Both the position numbers and the translations under genes were made by a program. From Gekko japonicus (taxonomy: Eukaryota), in contig NW_015175362.1 in the NCBI RefSeq assembly GCF_001447785.1, positions 1,230,029 through 1,294,028 of the forward strand: a stretch of 64,000 nucleotides of DNA, given 5' to 3'. Positions 12,980-26,611 of this stretch are shown here, piece after piece (positions within the stretch are counted from its first letter, which is position 1; every line of letters starts with the position of its first letter). The notes under the pieces were generated by a model, which had not been told where the DNA came from, made no database searches, and worked only from the letters and a program-made list of their open reading frames with translations.

Positions 12980-14475
12980 CTAGAGGGGGGAAAAAGGTGG
13001 ATTTATTTTAAGTGTATTTGCCTGTTATGTTTTTTATAGCCCAATATGCATCTGTAGGTATTGGACAAACAAATAACACTATACATGACTAATTACAGAA
13101 AAGGTTCTTTTTGGTGCCTGGGCAGGTGGGTAAAATCAGAAACAACCTAAGATAATAAAATGCTTTTGAGTCAGAAAAGCCAAATAGCAATCTCCCCACC
13201 ATACTTCCTGATAGTACAAATGACAGAAGCAGAAAATATTGTACCCTATAGTCTACCACCTGGCTAATGGTTTCTGCACATCACTATCTTGGCCTGGTTT
13301 TGTTCCCCAGGACAAATAATGCTACTGGCTACAGGTGTGACTGCAGATGTGGCAGAAATGCCCACTCCCTGTGGAGGATGTCTGACAAGCTGGCAAGGCC
13401 CAAGCACTGAAAACTGCAGCTTGCAAAATATTTTTTGGGCACATAGTAAACTGTATCAGTTAATTTATTTTTTGCAGTTCTTTCGCTCTCATGGCACACA
13501 GTTTGAGAATTGCTGTCTTAGGGAAGTATCCATGGTGCTGTCAAGTTGACCTAAACATAGCCCTAATACAGTATAGATACTGTATATATACATAGCCCTA
13601 ATACAGTACAGAAATAAATCCCAGTAAATATGATAAGGAGTGGTCCTGTTAGCTCCTTATCAGATGCTAGACCCCATGCCTCAAAGCAACAAAAATTTAA
13701 AGTTGAGCTTGACATGTCCGGTAATTTTTTAAAAGGTATCTGGGCAACCTTAGGCCCAGTGAGGTTCCCTGTCTCTGCGACTGGGCCTACTATGGCTTTC
13801 TCCCCCCCACCCATTGCTGCTGCCGCAGCTGCCCCACACCTGACACAGCTTTCTCTCCTCTTCCATCAACACTGTTGCTGCCCCTGGGCCCAGTGAGGCT
13901 CCCGGCCTCTGTTGCTCTGACCATGGCCAGGGCTTTTCCCCTCCTCTGCATTGATGCTGCTGCCCTTTGCAGCCAGTCCTGCTGCAGTCCCTCCCCCCCA
14001 CATACTGCTGCTACTGAACAGGAGGTACGTTTCTATATTGCAGACAACAGTGGGGTTTTTTTGGGGGGGGGGGATTCACACACACCAAATGTAATTTTTT
14101 TACAGATTTCAGATTTTTCTGCAAACCTAGTGGTCCCCCAAGTTTGTAGAAAAATCTGTTTAGAGTTACTGATGAGCTATCTATAAATAGGGGGCACACC
14201 TTGTAAACAGTATTTACATTCACTGAGCAAGAGTAAGAGAAAGCAGTGAAATACAAGAAAAAGGACCGTGTGCCAGTTCAGCTGAATGGATTTAACATTA
14301 AAATATTAACTTTCGTTATCCAAGAACATACAATACTGAAATGTCTTTCACTTCAACTCTGAGCATAACTGGGTATTTTTGTTCTCCCTAAGATAACATG
14401 AAAACAACCACTTTTGAAACTTCTTTAACTTCTTACTGCTTCTTGTTTCTCTTAAGACTGGAAAGCACTCCTTAC

Positions 14476-14587
14476 TTTTTCTTACTGCCTGCATCAAGCT
14501 TCTCTCTTTTTTCCGCTGTGCTACCTCCATTCTGTTGTGACTGGTTTGCATCCTGAGCATCAGAACCGCCATTGACTATTTTTGTTC
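14476..14587 (-). CDS. PSIP1: PSIP1 coding exon 15
   Basis: (G)TKIVNGGSDAQDANQSQQNGGSTAEKREKLDAGSKK(K); 112 nt; aag/gtaag flanks. Confidence 0.92.
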
Positions 14588-17482
14588 CTTTGAAATGGAA
14601 AAGAACAACAAATTCTCATTTATAAAAGACAGAATAGTAAGAAACATCAGTTCTGCAACAGGTGTACTAATTCTCAAGTAATATAACTCAGGAGACTGCA
14701 CTATTAACTAATGCATTAGTATTGTGTGCCTAAAACTTGAAACGAGATCAGAAGCAATTTTGGTAACTTCATATTTGCTTAAAAGCATGCATGCAGTGTG
14801 GCAATACAGTTAAGAGCTACAGCTTCCTAAACTTTGGATTTTGGAACACAGCAACAAACACAAAAGTTTCATGTCTCCTCTAATTTAAAGACACTGGTTT
14901 AGATCTTACCTGCACTTTCCATTTGCAGAAGGCACTTCTGCCACTGGAAGGAGAATTTTCACTGATATCCCCCTTTTCATTGCAGACCCCCACTTTCCTC
15001 AAGTAGTTGCTGAGGTCCATTCACCCCCAGGATAAGGAGTTCAGGGGGCATGGCAATCTGCAGCAAGAGGAGGGAACTGGCAAAAACTGCCCTCCTTCTG
15101 CAAACGGAAAAATTAGGGTCCAAGCCAATGGTCCCAACTCAACTAAAGTTAGTTGACACTAATTCCTGTTGAAAACAAAGACACTTGAGTTTACTGGCAA
15201 CTAATTTATTCCAGTAGTTTCCATGGAATTTAGTTATAATGACCAACAGGAATTTAAAAGAAGCAGGTCAAACAGTTCGCTATTTTTTCTTAGTTCTGGT
15301 GAGGAAAGAGACAGCATACTCCCATTTTATCCAAAGGTCCTATCTAGATAAAACAAGAGGAGCACCCCTCAAGAACTCATCTCTCTGGCTGCTCCTCCTA
15401 CCCACACTATCTCAGACTCCGCTGTAGCCACCCTGCAGCTTCTTTCCACTTCTTCCTTCCTTCCTTTCCTCTCTTTGCTTCATTTTTCTTTTCTCCCTCA
15501 CTGAACTCTGGCTTTGCTTCCTCCCCGTTCTTTCCTGCCTTGCCCATGCCTTCTGCACCAGCCATTCTGAATTACCTAGGCAACAGCAGGCAATTCAAAA
15601 TGGCTGTTGAGATCTCTCAAGGTAATCTTGTGAGATCCTGACATTTACAAAATACAGGAAGGGAATAAAAGTTTTTAGTTTTTAAATTTAATTTTTTGTT
15701 GTTGTTGCAAACTTGGACACCCACACCCCAACTTGTAGAAACATCTTCTTCTGTACCTTGCCACACTGAGCAGAATTTTTGTTCTGCATTCTAGGCCAGG
15801 TTCAGAAGACAAAGTGCCATATATTCCTGAAGTGCCACAGTAAATTAGATCATTCTCAGCAGACAAGTAACCTCTTCAAAAGATAATATAAAACACTTGA
15901 AATAAAAGAAAAATGTTATTAATTGTATCAGCATTTTATAGCTACTCAGTCTACTGAGAAGTACAATTCAAAATTAGATTGATCTATGAGCTTTTAGAAA
16001 CACTTTAAATTATGCACTTTAACATCAAAGGAACTTAAAACCTTCCTTAGTGCCAGTTAACAAAGTAATGTACCATATTTTCTTAAAAGGAAGACTACCC
16101 TGAAAGTAAGGCAACCCCCCCCCCCAAAGGTTAAATATAAAAGTAGATGATCCTGAATTTAGGATGACCCCTCCTAAAAATATACAATAAACTATAAATA
16201 TAAAAACTGTAAATATACAAAAACTATCAACTACAGAATACATTTCTTTCACTTTTTATAACTGTGGCTGTTCACAAGTAGTATTGGATCACACTGTTTC
16301 AAATTAAAAAGACAAGAGACTGGATTTGGGGGGGGGGAGCCAATCACTAGGTTAAAACTCATGAATTTCCCAAGTGGCATGGCAATCCTAAACAGAATCA
16401 CACCCTTCTAAATCCATTGAAATAAATGGGCTTGGAAGGTTATAACTCTCCTTAGAAATGCACTTTAAACTGCCCCTCCCCACAATGCTTTTGTAGGCTA
16501 GGAAGTCACACTTTTCCAACAGAAGGTGTTATATCTTTAGTTCAGTAAGACATTTAAAATTAATGAATTTTTCCTTCCCTATCTAAAATGTCCACAAGCT
16601 CATAGCTAATGTTGTGCTGAACTGACGAGAACACCACAGGTTTTGAGTTTCTCTCTCCTCACAGGGGGAACTAATACACTACTCAGGCCTGAAGCACAGG
16701 GGAATAACCTGAAGTGGTATGGAGTACTATTCTGAGCTAGGAATAAGGGTCAGTAAACGAGCACATGCATCTCTTCCCGCCTCTTACTATTTGTCAGGCA
16801 AGGAGCTGCAGCTTCTAAACTAGCCAACAAGTTGTTGATTCTCTTGTAATGACAAGTAGCTTGAAAGGCAGTATTTGCCAGACACAGTGTTGGTTCCATT
16901 GCCACTCCTTTTTGATGGTGAATGAGTTGCTGCAGTTTCCCCTGCTCTCCCTGCATGTGCAGTGAATCACTTCTCACACTCAGCGGATCTGTATACCCAA
17001 GTGGAAGATTTTAGAAAGCCAAAAAGGTAAACAATGCCCTCTTCCTTTTGGGTAAACATAGTACTATGAAAACTGCATACATGGTGAAGTACAATCGAAT
17101 ATCTGACTTGAGCGGCCCAATACATATTAGGAGTGCACTCACATGTACAAGCTATGCTCATAGGCTGCCCAAGTGATCTGTCTCCAACAAGAAAGAGGTG
17201 GAAAAAACTATGTGTAGGAATACACTCCTAGTTACACACTCTACTTTTTAAAGCAGTTGCTTTAACTTATAAAAGTGATTAAAGATCACAATGAGAAATA
17301 TTTTGGTTCCCTTTAGCTATCTTTTGCCCTGTTTCCAAGTTATACATCCACACAATGAAGCACGGATTGGCTTTAAAGGTCCACTTATCTGTTTGTGGAG
17401 CCCTGCTCTGGGGCAATGAATCTTCTCGTAGTGCAATGCACCTCTTAGGCTAGAGGAAGATTGCTTGCACTGAAAGGAGATT

Positions 17483-17774
17483 CCAGAGGTGGCACTCAGA
17501 GCCCTCTCTGTGGGCACACGTGCCATCGTCCCAGCCAGGCCCAGACCATCATTAAAGTGTTGAATTCTCTGCCAAATAATTTTAAGTAAATGAAAGCATT
17601 TGGGATTGCTTTCCTTACTTTGTTTGGATCATCTTAAGTTAATGTATGAGTTGTTTTTTCTAAAGTAAAACCACAGTATTCAGGTTGAATTGCCGTGTTG
17701 GCACTTTGCGATAAATAAGTGGGTTGTGGGTCACAGTTTGGGCACTCGGTCTCTAAAAGGTTCTCCCATCACTG
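17483..17774 (+). mobile_element. hAT MITE, left end missing; same family as 55924-56242
   Basis: Near-identical over ~290 bp to 55951-56242. Retains the right TIR aggttctcccatcactg. Confidence 0.88.
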
Positions 17775-19177
17775 ACCTAGAGCCTGGGTCTAGCAACTAA
17801 TGCAAATAATGTCTTTCTTTACAGAGTCTATAAAACATTAAGTAAAATAACTAATAAAAGTGTGATTTGAACAGGTTTATTTCACTAAATTTCTGATAAT
17901 TCTCATATAAAATGTAAAGCAGTCATTATAACCAGGAACTTGCTGCTATATTCTTTTTGAACAGATGCAGCATATAAATACAATCAGACAAAAATTGGTT
18001 AAAAAAGCTAAAAATCCATGAAAGTTTAGGCAGCTTGAAAATATCAAAACATAGAAAAGTGTTTTTCTACTAAATGTGTGATCATTATTACTGAATTCTC
18101 TCTGCGCTCTGAATGATGTATTTACTTGAAATATTTTAAAAACAAACTGTATCTGCCCAGGCCACAGTGCAGATCTGGCTCAACTGCTGACTGTTTGGTA
18201 TATTATTCTAATAGCTGGTTTTGAATTAACGCTACATTTAATATTTCTATAGCAAATGCATAAACATCCCCAACATTTCTCAAAATGTATCTCAGCTCAA
18301 TAGCATGGGTCAGCAAGTTTTTCTTCTGGTCATTTGTGCTCACTTTTCCTGACAGCAGCTTCTGAGTGTTACAGAAACCACTCTGGGCAACAGCCAAATA
18401 CAAAAGACCCAGTTGGAGCAGCATCAAAAGAGGAACAGCTCTGGCTATTTTTAGGCTGAATCTTTTGCTGCTTCAGGAAACTATGTACCAATGTCTAGTA
18501 CAGAAGAGGAAAAGTATTTTTTGCAGTAAAAAAGGAAAGGAAGAATTTCATTGTACTTTCAAAGCCACAGAAATGTGAAAACAATAGACATGATCTAAGG
18601 AAACCATGACCACATGCAGAAAATAACCATGTCTCTATTAGATAAACTCCTTTTGCTACAGCAGACTGGCGGCTCTGAAAACATTTTCTCTTTTTAAAGA
18701 TGAATTGCAAAACAAAACAAAAACAACCCTGCAAGAAACTCCCTATACAACTCTCTCACACAGTAGGTTCATACCCAGTAACAGAACACAGAATGGGCTT
18801 TAGAATATGCATGTCCTTCCCCCGAATCCCCCCCACCCCCCGTAGAAAGTAGCATCTGATCTGGTGGCATGATTATGTCTCCTTATGTTAACACAGTTTA
18901 CACTCAGGGTTCAATTTCTGCATCCTGTATTCCAATAGAAAACAGTTCAACCAAGTTTCAAAATTAAGCTTGTTTAATAAAAGGAAATGAACTATAAAAG
19001 CCAATTAATGTTCACATGAACCTGGTGTTTCAAAACATGTGTCTAATGCTTTGAGGTAGAATGGGATAGAACTTTTAGACACCGACAATGTGTAGATGGT
19101 CAAAGATATAGACATTGGGGGCCTGACACTGTTGTTTGGAATTAGAATTTAAATAATCCCAATGAAGCTTCACATAC

Positions 19178-19397
19178 CTGTTTGCTCTCTCTCTTTTTCT
19201 GATTTCTTGTTTGGTCCTTTCTTCCATTGTTCTTTGGTTTTGTTTGCTTCCTCATGCTGCTTCTGCTCTGCAAGTGACTTATTCAGCACTTGTGAAAGCA
19301 CAGAGTCTCCTTCTCCAACAAGAAACATGGTCTTGAATTTATTGTAGAGCATAGTGGACTTCTCCATGATAACTTGGCTGACCTTGAACTTTCGTAT
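19178..19397 (-). CDS. PSIP1: PSIP1 coding exon 14 (IBD end)
   Basis: [73 protein letters not shown]; 220 nt. Confidence 0.96.
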
Positions 19398-19632
19398 CTG
19401 AATAAATGTTTTTTTTAAAAAAGAGATAGATCTATATCAGCTACAGCATGTGAGATGCTCAAAGCCAGTCAATGGTTACTGAAATAATCCATTGCATTAG
19501 AAGTAACAGTGTCCCATTCAGAGCACTGAATTTCAGTTTTGCAAAGAGAAAGTTTTATAAGTCAAGAATAATGAAAAGTAAAATACAAATTAAACTTCTA
19601 CATTTCTTTATGAGTAGAACTACTGATCTTAC

Positions 19633-19734
19633 TTTCTTGAGGGTCAAAATCATCTCTGTGTGCTTCTGAGCTTGCGGCATTGTTACTTGAAGTGAAGCAA
19701 GTTCATCCAAAGCCTCAATGCATCTGTTTACATC
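19633..19734 (-). CDS. PSIP1: PSIP1 coding exon 13 (IBD)
   Basis: [34 protein letters not shown]|gtaag; 102 nt. Confidence 0.96.
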
Positions 19735-20110
19735 CTGAATGCAACAAAACGCAAAAATTTAATCTTGCACAAAAAAACTCTTGACAGAACAAAAGCTGAA
19801 CTTATAGAAGTGTGTTTACAAGTATTTTTTAAAAAAACTATATAACCCCCAAGTCAGTCACAGAAATTTAAAATGTTACAAGTTGCACTGGGCAGGACTC
19901 CAGCTGCAAAGATAAAAACCCTATCATTTATTTCCATTCGGCATACAGGAATTTAAAAAATCAGATAAGAAACTGATTTCATTATGCCCCAGTAAAGATA
20001 CAATATTAGGACTGAACTGAACCCATCATTTTAAAATATAAAACACCGTAAAACTGATAGAAATATGTATTTATTATTTATTTGGGCATTTTTATGCCTC
20101 TTCCCAAACT

Positions 20111-20394
20111 GAGAGCCAGTTTGGTGTAGTGGTTAAGTGCGCGGACTCTAATCTGGGAGAACCGGGTTTGATTCCCCACTCCTCCACTTGCACCTGGCTG
20201 GAAGGCCTTGGGCAAGCCGTAGCTCTGATAAGGAGCTGTTCTTGAAAAAGAACAGTTTCTGTCAAGAGCTCTCTCAGCCCCACCCACCTCACAGGGTGTC
20301 TGTTGTGGGGAGGGGAAGGGAAAGGAGTTTGTAAGCCGCTGAGACACCTTTCGGTAGTGACGGGCGGGGTATAAATCCAATCTCCTCCTCTTCT
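20111..20394 (+). mobile_element. Squam3-type tRNA-derived SINE with (CTT)n tail
   Basis: GAGAGCCAGTTTGGTGTAGTGGTTAAG head (A box), GGTTTGATTCCC (B box), L2-like tail, and TSD-like tcttcccaaa on both sides. Confidence 0.9.
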
Positions 20395-20671
20395 TCTTCC
20401 CAAAAGGAATGGCTTACAAAAAATGCCAAAATAATAACAACTTGTTTTTTAAAAAGAAAATAAACATCCTGGGCTGGTCCTGATCCATCTGGCTGCCATC
20501 TGGCTCATGGGCTCTTCCCTTCATTTCACCCTTTAGTCACACCCTGGTCAAGTAATCTCAAGCAAGGAACTCAGCTGCTGCTAGTGATATGAACTGTGAA
20601 TACATGTAACAGAACTTGCAAACAGAATAAAAGTTTAATGCACAGCCCATGATAGTATTTGACAAACACCA

Positions 20672-20812
20672 ACTTTTAGTGGAGGGTTTCTGGAGTTCTG
20701 GCCCCGCTGGTGGACCTCCTGATGGCACTTGGGTTCTGGCCACTGTATGACACAAGGGTGTTGGACTGGAAGAGCCACTGGCCTGATCCAACATGGTTTC
20801 TCTTATGTTCTT
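20672..20812 (+). mobile_element. CR1 LINE 3' UTR fragment
   Basis: Similar to 61540-61668; ends in cttatgttctta. Confidence 0.75.
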
Positions 20813-20946
20813 AGTTACCCCCCTTCCAGATCTAATAAATAAGAAAAAATTAGACATTCCCCTTCTCTTCCTGTCTATGCTGACTTCAAATGTCTGTTAA
20901 TGGCTTGAGAGTGCTGCAGGCCACTGATCTGCCTAGGCATGGGTAT

Positions 20947-21990
20947 AAAAACAGGGTTGCACCTACCTGTAACTGTTGTTCATCAAGTTATTTTTTGTGC
21001 AGGCACACACTGGGACTGCACTTGCACAGGCTGGCCACTGGAGGACACTTCCAGCATTTTCTAGTTAAGTACTTTGTGGGAGCACTTCCCCCTCAGAGGG
21101 TGCCAGGGACCATTTTCCTGCTCAAACTGTCCCGTACTCCCCTCCCCTCAGTTCTCCTAAGCTTCGTTAGCAGCATACATGAAGAGTAGGAGAGAGCTCA
21201 CAGCAGGGCAGTAGGGAGGGAATGTGTGCCTGCATAGAAAACAACCCGATGAACAAGTTACGGGTAAGTGTGACACTGTTTTAATCTTTGGTCTTGTGTG
21301 CAGTCTCACATTGTGAGACTAACAAGCTACTCCCTGTGGAGGCAGGAGCAAGGCTCTCACTGGAACTGCCTGGCCAACCGCTTTCTCCCTTCTTGCACTT
21401 ATGTCTACAGAGTAATGCTTAACAAGCATGTCAGAACACGACCACGTGGCTGACTAGCAAATGTCCATCAATGGAGTACCTTGACAAAAAACTGCTGAAG
21501 TCACCTGAGAGTGTGGAGTGCACTTGCACTTGGCTTGTTGCAGAGATGACCAACCTAGGTGTGGCTGCCTTCCCCTTAGAGGGGCCAGAATGGCCAACAA
21601 ACAACTGTTAAGTCTTACGGAATGCCTGTGTCTGTTTAAGGTAATAAATAAAGCTCTTCTGACATCTAACAAATGGAGGGTCCTTTCTAACTCCCAAGTG
21701 GGTGATGGAAAACAGACAGGCAAGACCATGTCTTGTGCTGAATGGAGAAGGGACACCACCTTTGGGAGAAACTGTACAGTAGGGTGTAGGAATGTGCATT
21801 TCGGGATCCCGAACCGAAAAAGGAACTTAATAAAAGGAGGGTTGGCTTGTACAGCCGCCAGCTCTCCCACTCGTCTAGTAGACATTATCACTATCAAAAA
21901 CACTACCGTAATAGACGATTCAGACTACATAAAACTAGTGGTTCAAAGGGTGGCAACATTAGCTGTGAGAGAATCAGACAGAGATCACTG
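20947..21990 (-). mobile_element. DIRS-type tyrosine-recombinase retrotransposon, decayed 3' portion
   Basis: ORF 21454-21903 has STRRVGELAA, FLPKVVS..H and LHLLDVRRAL, continuing through a stop to ATWS...KHY, typical of the DIRS1 YR domain. Segments 20948-21009 and 21223-21281 are complementary. Confidence 0.85.
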
Positions 21991-22030
21991 AGGTACTATA
22001 CTAAGTAAGTCCTTTAGAAACCTTCTAGAG

Positions 22031-24667
22031 CAGAGGTGTCGAACTCATTTGTTACAAGGGCTGGATTTGACATAAATTGGATTTTGTCGGGCCGGGCCAT
22101 GTGCGTCATAAAATGTACAGCCAGGTAGCATATATATAAACTTTATAAAGGGTGTGTGTGTGTTAAAACTAATATTTGTCTGCAAAACTGAAGTTCCTTG
22201 AGTTTGTTGAACTCTATAACTGTGGTTAACTCTCCCCCTGTTAAAAATATAAGCTACAAATATAACTGGTCTGAGCCTAGGACCCAGGGGAAGAACATGA
22301 AATGGCTGAGCATTGCAAGCTTCTCCCCCCCCCCCCCCGGGCAAAGTCTATTCAGAGAGGGAGTGGCTCTCCAGGGTCTGGGGTGTGTGTGTTACAGGGT
22401 GGTTTGAGATAATAATTTTGGGTGTTCTCTTCAGCACTTCTTCTGCTATTGTTCCATTGGAGCGCCACATTAGGAGGGTGTGTGCGTGCGTGTGTGTTAA
22501 AACTAATATTTCTCTGCAAAACTGGAGTCCCTTGAGTTTGTTGAACTCTATATTTTAAGGGGAAAGATTGAAGGTCAAAGACGGGGACAGCAAAGGATGA
22601 GATGGTTAGACAGTGTCATGGATGCAACGAACATGAAATTGAGTGAACTTCAGAGGACAGCAGAAGACAGGAGGGCCTGGCGTGACCTGGTCCATGGGGT
22701 CACGAAGAGTCGGACTCGACTGTGCGACTGAACAACAACAATATTTTAACCGTTAGTCCCAACTCTTCCCCCCTTAAATATATAAACTACAAATATAAAT
22801 GGTCTGAGCCAAGGACCCAGGGGAAGAACATGTAATGGCTGAGCATTGCAAGCTTCCCCCCCCCCCCCCTCGCAAGTCTACTCAGAGAGGGAGTGGCTCT
22901 CCAGGGTCTGGGGGGGGGGTTACAGGGTGGTTTGAGATAATAATTTTGGGTGTTCTCTTCAGCACTTTTTCTGCTATTATTCCATTGGAGAGCCACATTA
23001 GGAGGGTGTGTGTGCACCCGTGTGTGTTGAAACCCGGCCTCATTTACTGTAAGGAGCTCCGCCTCGGCCTCCTCCTGTGCCCCTCCCCCTGCTGGGCCGG
23101 ACGTGTTGGCCTGCCCTGCCCTCTGGACACTGCAGCCAAGAGGAGATCCCCCCCCCGCCCGCCGCCTGCTGAAGAGTTAATGCTTTTCATTAGACCCTCT
23201 GTCTCCACCATTTCCCCTTAACCTTGCTGTACAAGTAGGGAAAAGTGTGCCTCTCTCTGCCAGATTGGACCCTGGAGGGTACCTTTCCCTTTGTACTCCT
23301 GGCAAGATACTTGACAGAATTCCAACAAGTTTCCCAGCGAACCTTGACAGATCCCCCCCCCCGACCTTTTACAAACAACTTGATCTGCTGATTCCTTCCA
23401 AAGGCTTCCCCTGTGCCTTGCAAATATGGCAGCCTGTGCCTGCATGTTCAGGGAAATCTTTTTTGCCAATCTCACGCACAGCTGGGACCTGGGACGCAGA
23501 AACACGGCTTGTGAAACACCTCCTCTTGTATTATCTCCCCCTGAGAAACAACACCCTTCCCAACAAAGTTCAGAAACATTTGATTCCTTCTGAGATGTAA
23601 ACTACTAAATCATGCACAGGGTATGAAAGCTGCGGCCAAGTTTCCTTTCTTGTGTTTTGTATTAAAAGTACATACAATTTGACTCCCCACCAGTAGTGAC
23701 CTAGTAGCTTGCAACATTCCCCTTTCCTCCCTTTTATTCTCACAACAACACTGTCGGGTAGGTTAGGCCATGAGATTGTGGCTTTTCTTCCATTATTAAA
23801 AGATTTTGCTGAGCATATAAAAAAAGCTGTGATCTTGCACAAGTCCCATTCTCTAATATCACACCATTCATACAAGTAGACCATTTTTTTGAACAGTTTT
23901 TTTGCAATACTTTATTTTTCATGTAACTATACAGGTACATTGGTGTGATAAGAATGTAACTTCCTTTTACAAAACAAACCAACCCCACTCATATATAGCA
24001 AAGGTCACTGCTAATTTGCCCTACTAAGAAAACCGGACTTTAAAAAGCTGAACCCAGGAGGCTTTGTATAGCAACTATCACAAAAATAAATAGCAATACT
24101 AGCTTGATCTGTATTTTCATGCTTGTTGTAGGGTAGCTTCCGGTGATGTCAGGGGGTGTAGTATATGCAAATAATAATGAGCTCCTGCATCTCTTTTTCT
24201 ATTAAATGACCCCTGGTTAAAACTAATATTTCTCTGCAAAACTGGAGTCCCTTGAGTTTGCAGAACTCCCTGGCTGGTCCCCAAACTCCCCCCCCCCCAT
24301 CCCCCCCCCCATACATGCCTGTCTAAACTAGAAACGTGGGGGAATAGTGGGATTTTGCAAAGCAAGTTTAAAAAGAAGAAGAAGCACAAATTCACAGCAG
24401 AAGGAACACCCCCCCCCCCCAGCTCCTACCTGTGATGAGGACTATGGAGGCTGGGAGTTGTGGCTGGGAAGTTTGGCAGCCCTGCCCTGTGCTTTGTGTT
24501 CTCAGAGGCAGCTTCGTGTTCTCTTTATACTCCCAGGCAGCTCTAGCTTAGAACAGCAAGGATGGCCAGGGGAGGGGGAAGAGAGAACAGCCCCACTCCC
24601 GGGCTGGATTAAAAGCCTGGGCGGGCTTGTTCCTGCCTGCATGTGGGCCATAGGTTTGACACCTTTG
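22031..24667. mobile_element. 2.6-kb non-autonomous hAT (Charlie-like) element with internal repeats
   Basis: TIRs CAGAGGTGTCGAACT / GGTTTGACACCTTTG; perfect 8-bp TSD TTCTAGAG at 22023-22030 and 24668-24675. Confidence 0.82.
22559..22740 (+). mobile_element. RTE/BovB-type LINE 3' end nested in the hAT element
   Basis: Encodes GQQRMRWLDSV-like RT tail, then ggggtcacgaagagtcggactcgactg and (CAA)n. TSD atattttaa at 22550-22558 and 22741-22749. Confidence 0.88.
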
Positions 24668-24959
24668 TTCTAGAGTTTTGATGTGAAAACACCATTTTAT
24701 AAGCCCCTCTCTCAAAACAAGTGTAAATAATAGGGTCTGGTCTATGCACTTACAAATATAAACAAAAAAGAGTTTAAACAGTATTTAGTAAGGAGTTAGT
24801 AAGGAGTGTCACTTGGATGGTACTTAACTTTCAAAGCAACAGGCAGAAATGCCTCTTTTTGTTGGGCATATAATACTGCAATTTACAAAAATTACTAGTG
24901 GGGCAGTCACAAGGTCACTGATCTCATTAACCTTGTTATCTCATTTTTTGAGAGTTACT

Positions 24960-25420
24960 ACCATGTTAGATCTAGTGAATGCTGTGAGCATAGGAGATGC
25001 TCATGAAATCTGCAGATACAAAATTGGGAGGGGTATCAAATACAGTAGAAGACAGAATCAAGATACAGGATGATCTTGAGAGGCTGGTTTTTAAGCAGAG
25101 GCTAGATGGCCATCAGACAGCAATGCTGATTCTGTGAACTTAGGCAGATCATTAAAGGGAGGGGGTAGGAAGGGATGAGTCAATGCTTGCCTCTTGTGGC
25201 CCTTTCTTACATGCCCAGGGAAAAGTCGATTGCCACTTTGGGGTGAGGAAGGAGTTTACCTCCAGACCAGATTGGCCAGGGATCATGAGGTTTTTTATCA
25301 TCTTCTTCTGGGCATAGAGCAGGGGTAACTGGGGGATGGGGATGGTGCTTGTGAATTTCCTGCATTGTGCAGGGCGTTAGACTAGATGATCACTGAGGAA
25401 CCTTCCTGCTCTATATTTCT
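24960..25420 (+). mobile_element. CR1 LINE, internally deleted
   Basis: ADTKLGG...EDRIKIQDDLERL-like RT piece joined directly to FKQRLDGH and the CR1 3' UTR. Confidence 0.75.
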
Positions 25421-26054
25421 AACCTTGAGGAATACATAGAATATGGAATTGTGGCATTTTGAAAACATATTTTTACTAATTTCATTTATCCTTCATGATA
25501 TTAACTTGATCTCTTTTGTACAATGCAATTTTACATAAGAAACTACGTAAATATCCCTACTACTTAAAATACTAAGCTACTTTGATTTTTTTAGGCAGCC
25601 CCTCTTGTATATGATAAATTTTATCTTATTCTGATGTTCTGTATATTCAGATTAAAGCCAACCTTTAAAAGGATAAAACCAATCAAAGCTATTTTTAAAA
25701 CAGAATCCAGCATCATTCAAATCAAGAGGACAATCTGTAGAGTGTCTAAATCAACTGAAATCAGTGGATTTAGGCTGGAGTAACTCTGCATGGGATGATA
25801 CTTCAACTTTGGCAAACGTATCTTTTCCCCCCAATAAGATGGTGCTAAAAGTAATTCAATGGGAGATTTTCTCCACATCACCATAACTTGTTAGCTAACT
25901 GGCAGGAAAGAAATTCTTTTCAGCAGGGGAACTTCTCCTCTACACTTAGCCTTTAATTCTAAGAATTGTGGTAAATGATTTGCCTAAGAAAGCCCTGAAA
26001 ACCCTAGAAGAGATATTTTAATAAAGTTTGCAAATGTAAAATTATCCATTAACT

Positions 26055-26325
26055 AGAAGAAGAAGAGTTGGAATTTATACCCTGCCCTTCACGCAGAATC
26101 TGAGCGGCTTACAAACTCCTTTTCCTTTCCTTCCCTGCAACAGACACCCTGTGAGGTAGGTGGGGCTGAGAGAGCTCTCCTGAGAACTTCCTTGAGAGAA
26201 CAGCTCTGACAGAACTATGGCTTGGCCAAGGTCTTCCAGCAGCTGCAAGTGGAGGAGTGGGGAATCAAACCCGGTTCTCCCAGATTAGAGCCCACGTACT
26301 TAACCACTACACCAAATTGGCTCTC
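26055..26325 (-). mobile_element. Squam3-type SINE
   Basis: Reverse complement of the 20111 family; (AAG)n on the + strand. Confidence 0.88.
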
Positions 26326-26611
26326 TAACGTAGGCCATATTTACTAGTTAGCAACTCCACCAGACAAATAGTCCTCTTCAGGAAAGGACTTGCCATTTCC
26401 CAAGTGTATTTCAGACAAAAAATTTTTTAGCTTTAGTTCATATATCATAAGACACAACAGTTTTATAAACATGATAATCCACCATTAAATCACAAAAGGT
26501 CACCTTCAGATAAAATTGCATTTGCAGAACAAATTTTTAAATTAACATTTATTAGACATTTAAGAATCTCTCTACTCCAATATACTCATGGATGTAATTT
26601 AACATACTCAC

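Noticed and set aside
15400-15580. Purine-rich minus-strand stretch resembling an extra PSIP1 exon
   Set aside because: Weak splice sites, and the neighbouring exons already join in phase; likely low-complexity sequence.
20111-20180. tRNA gene
   Set aside because: A/B boxes belong to a multicopy SINE head.
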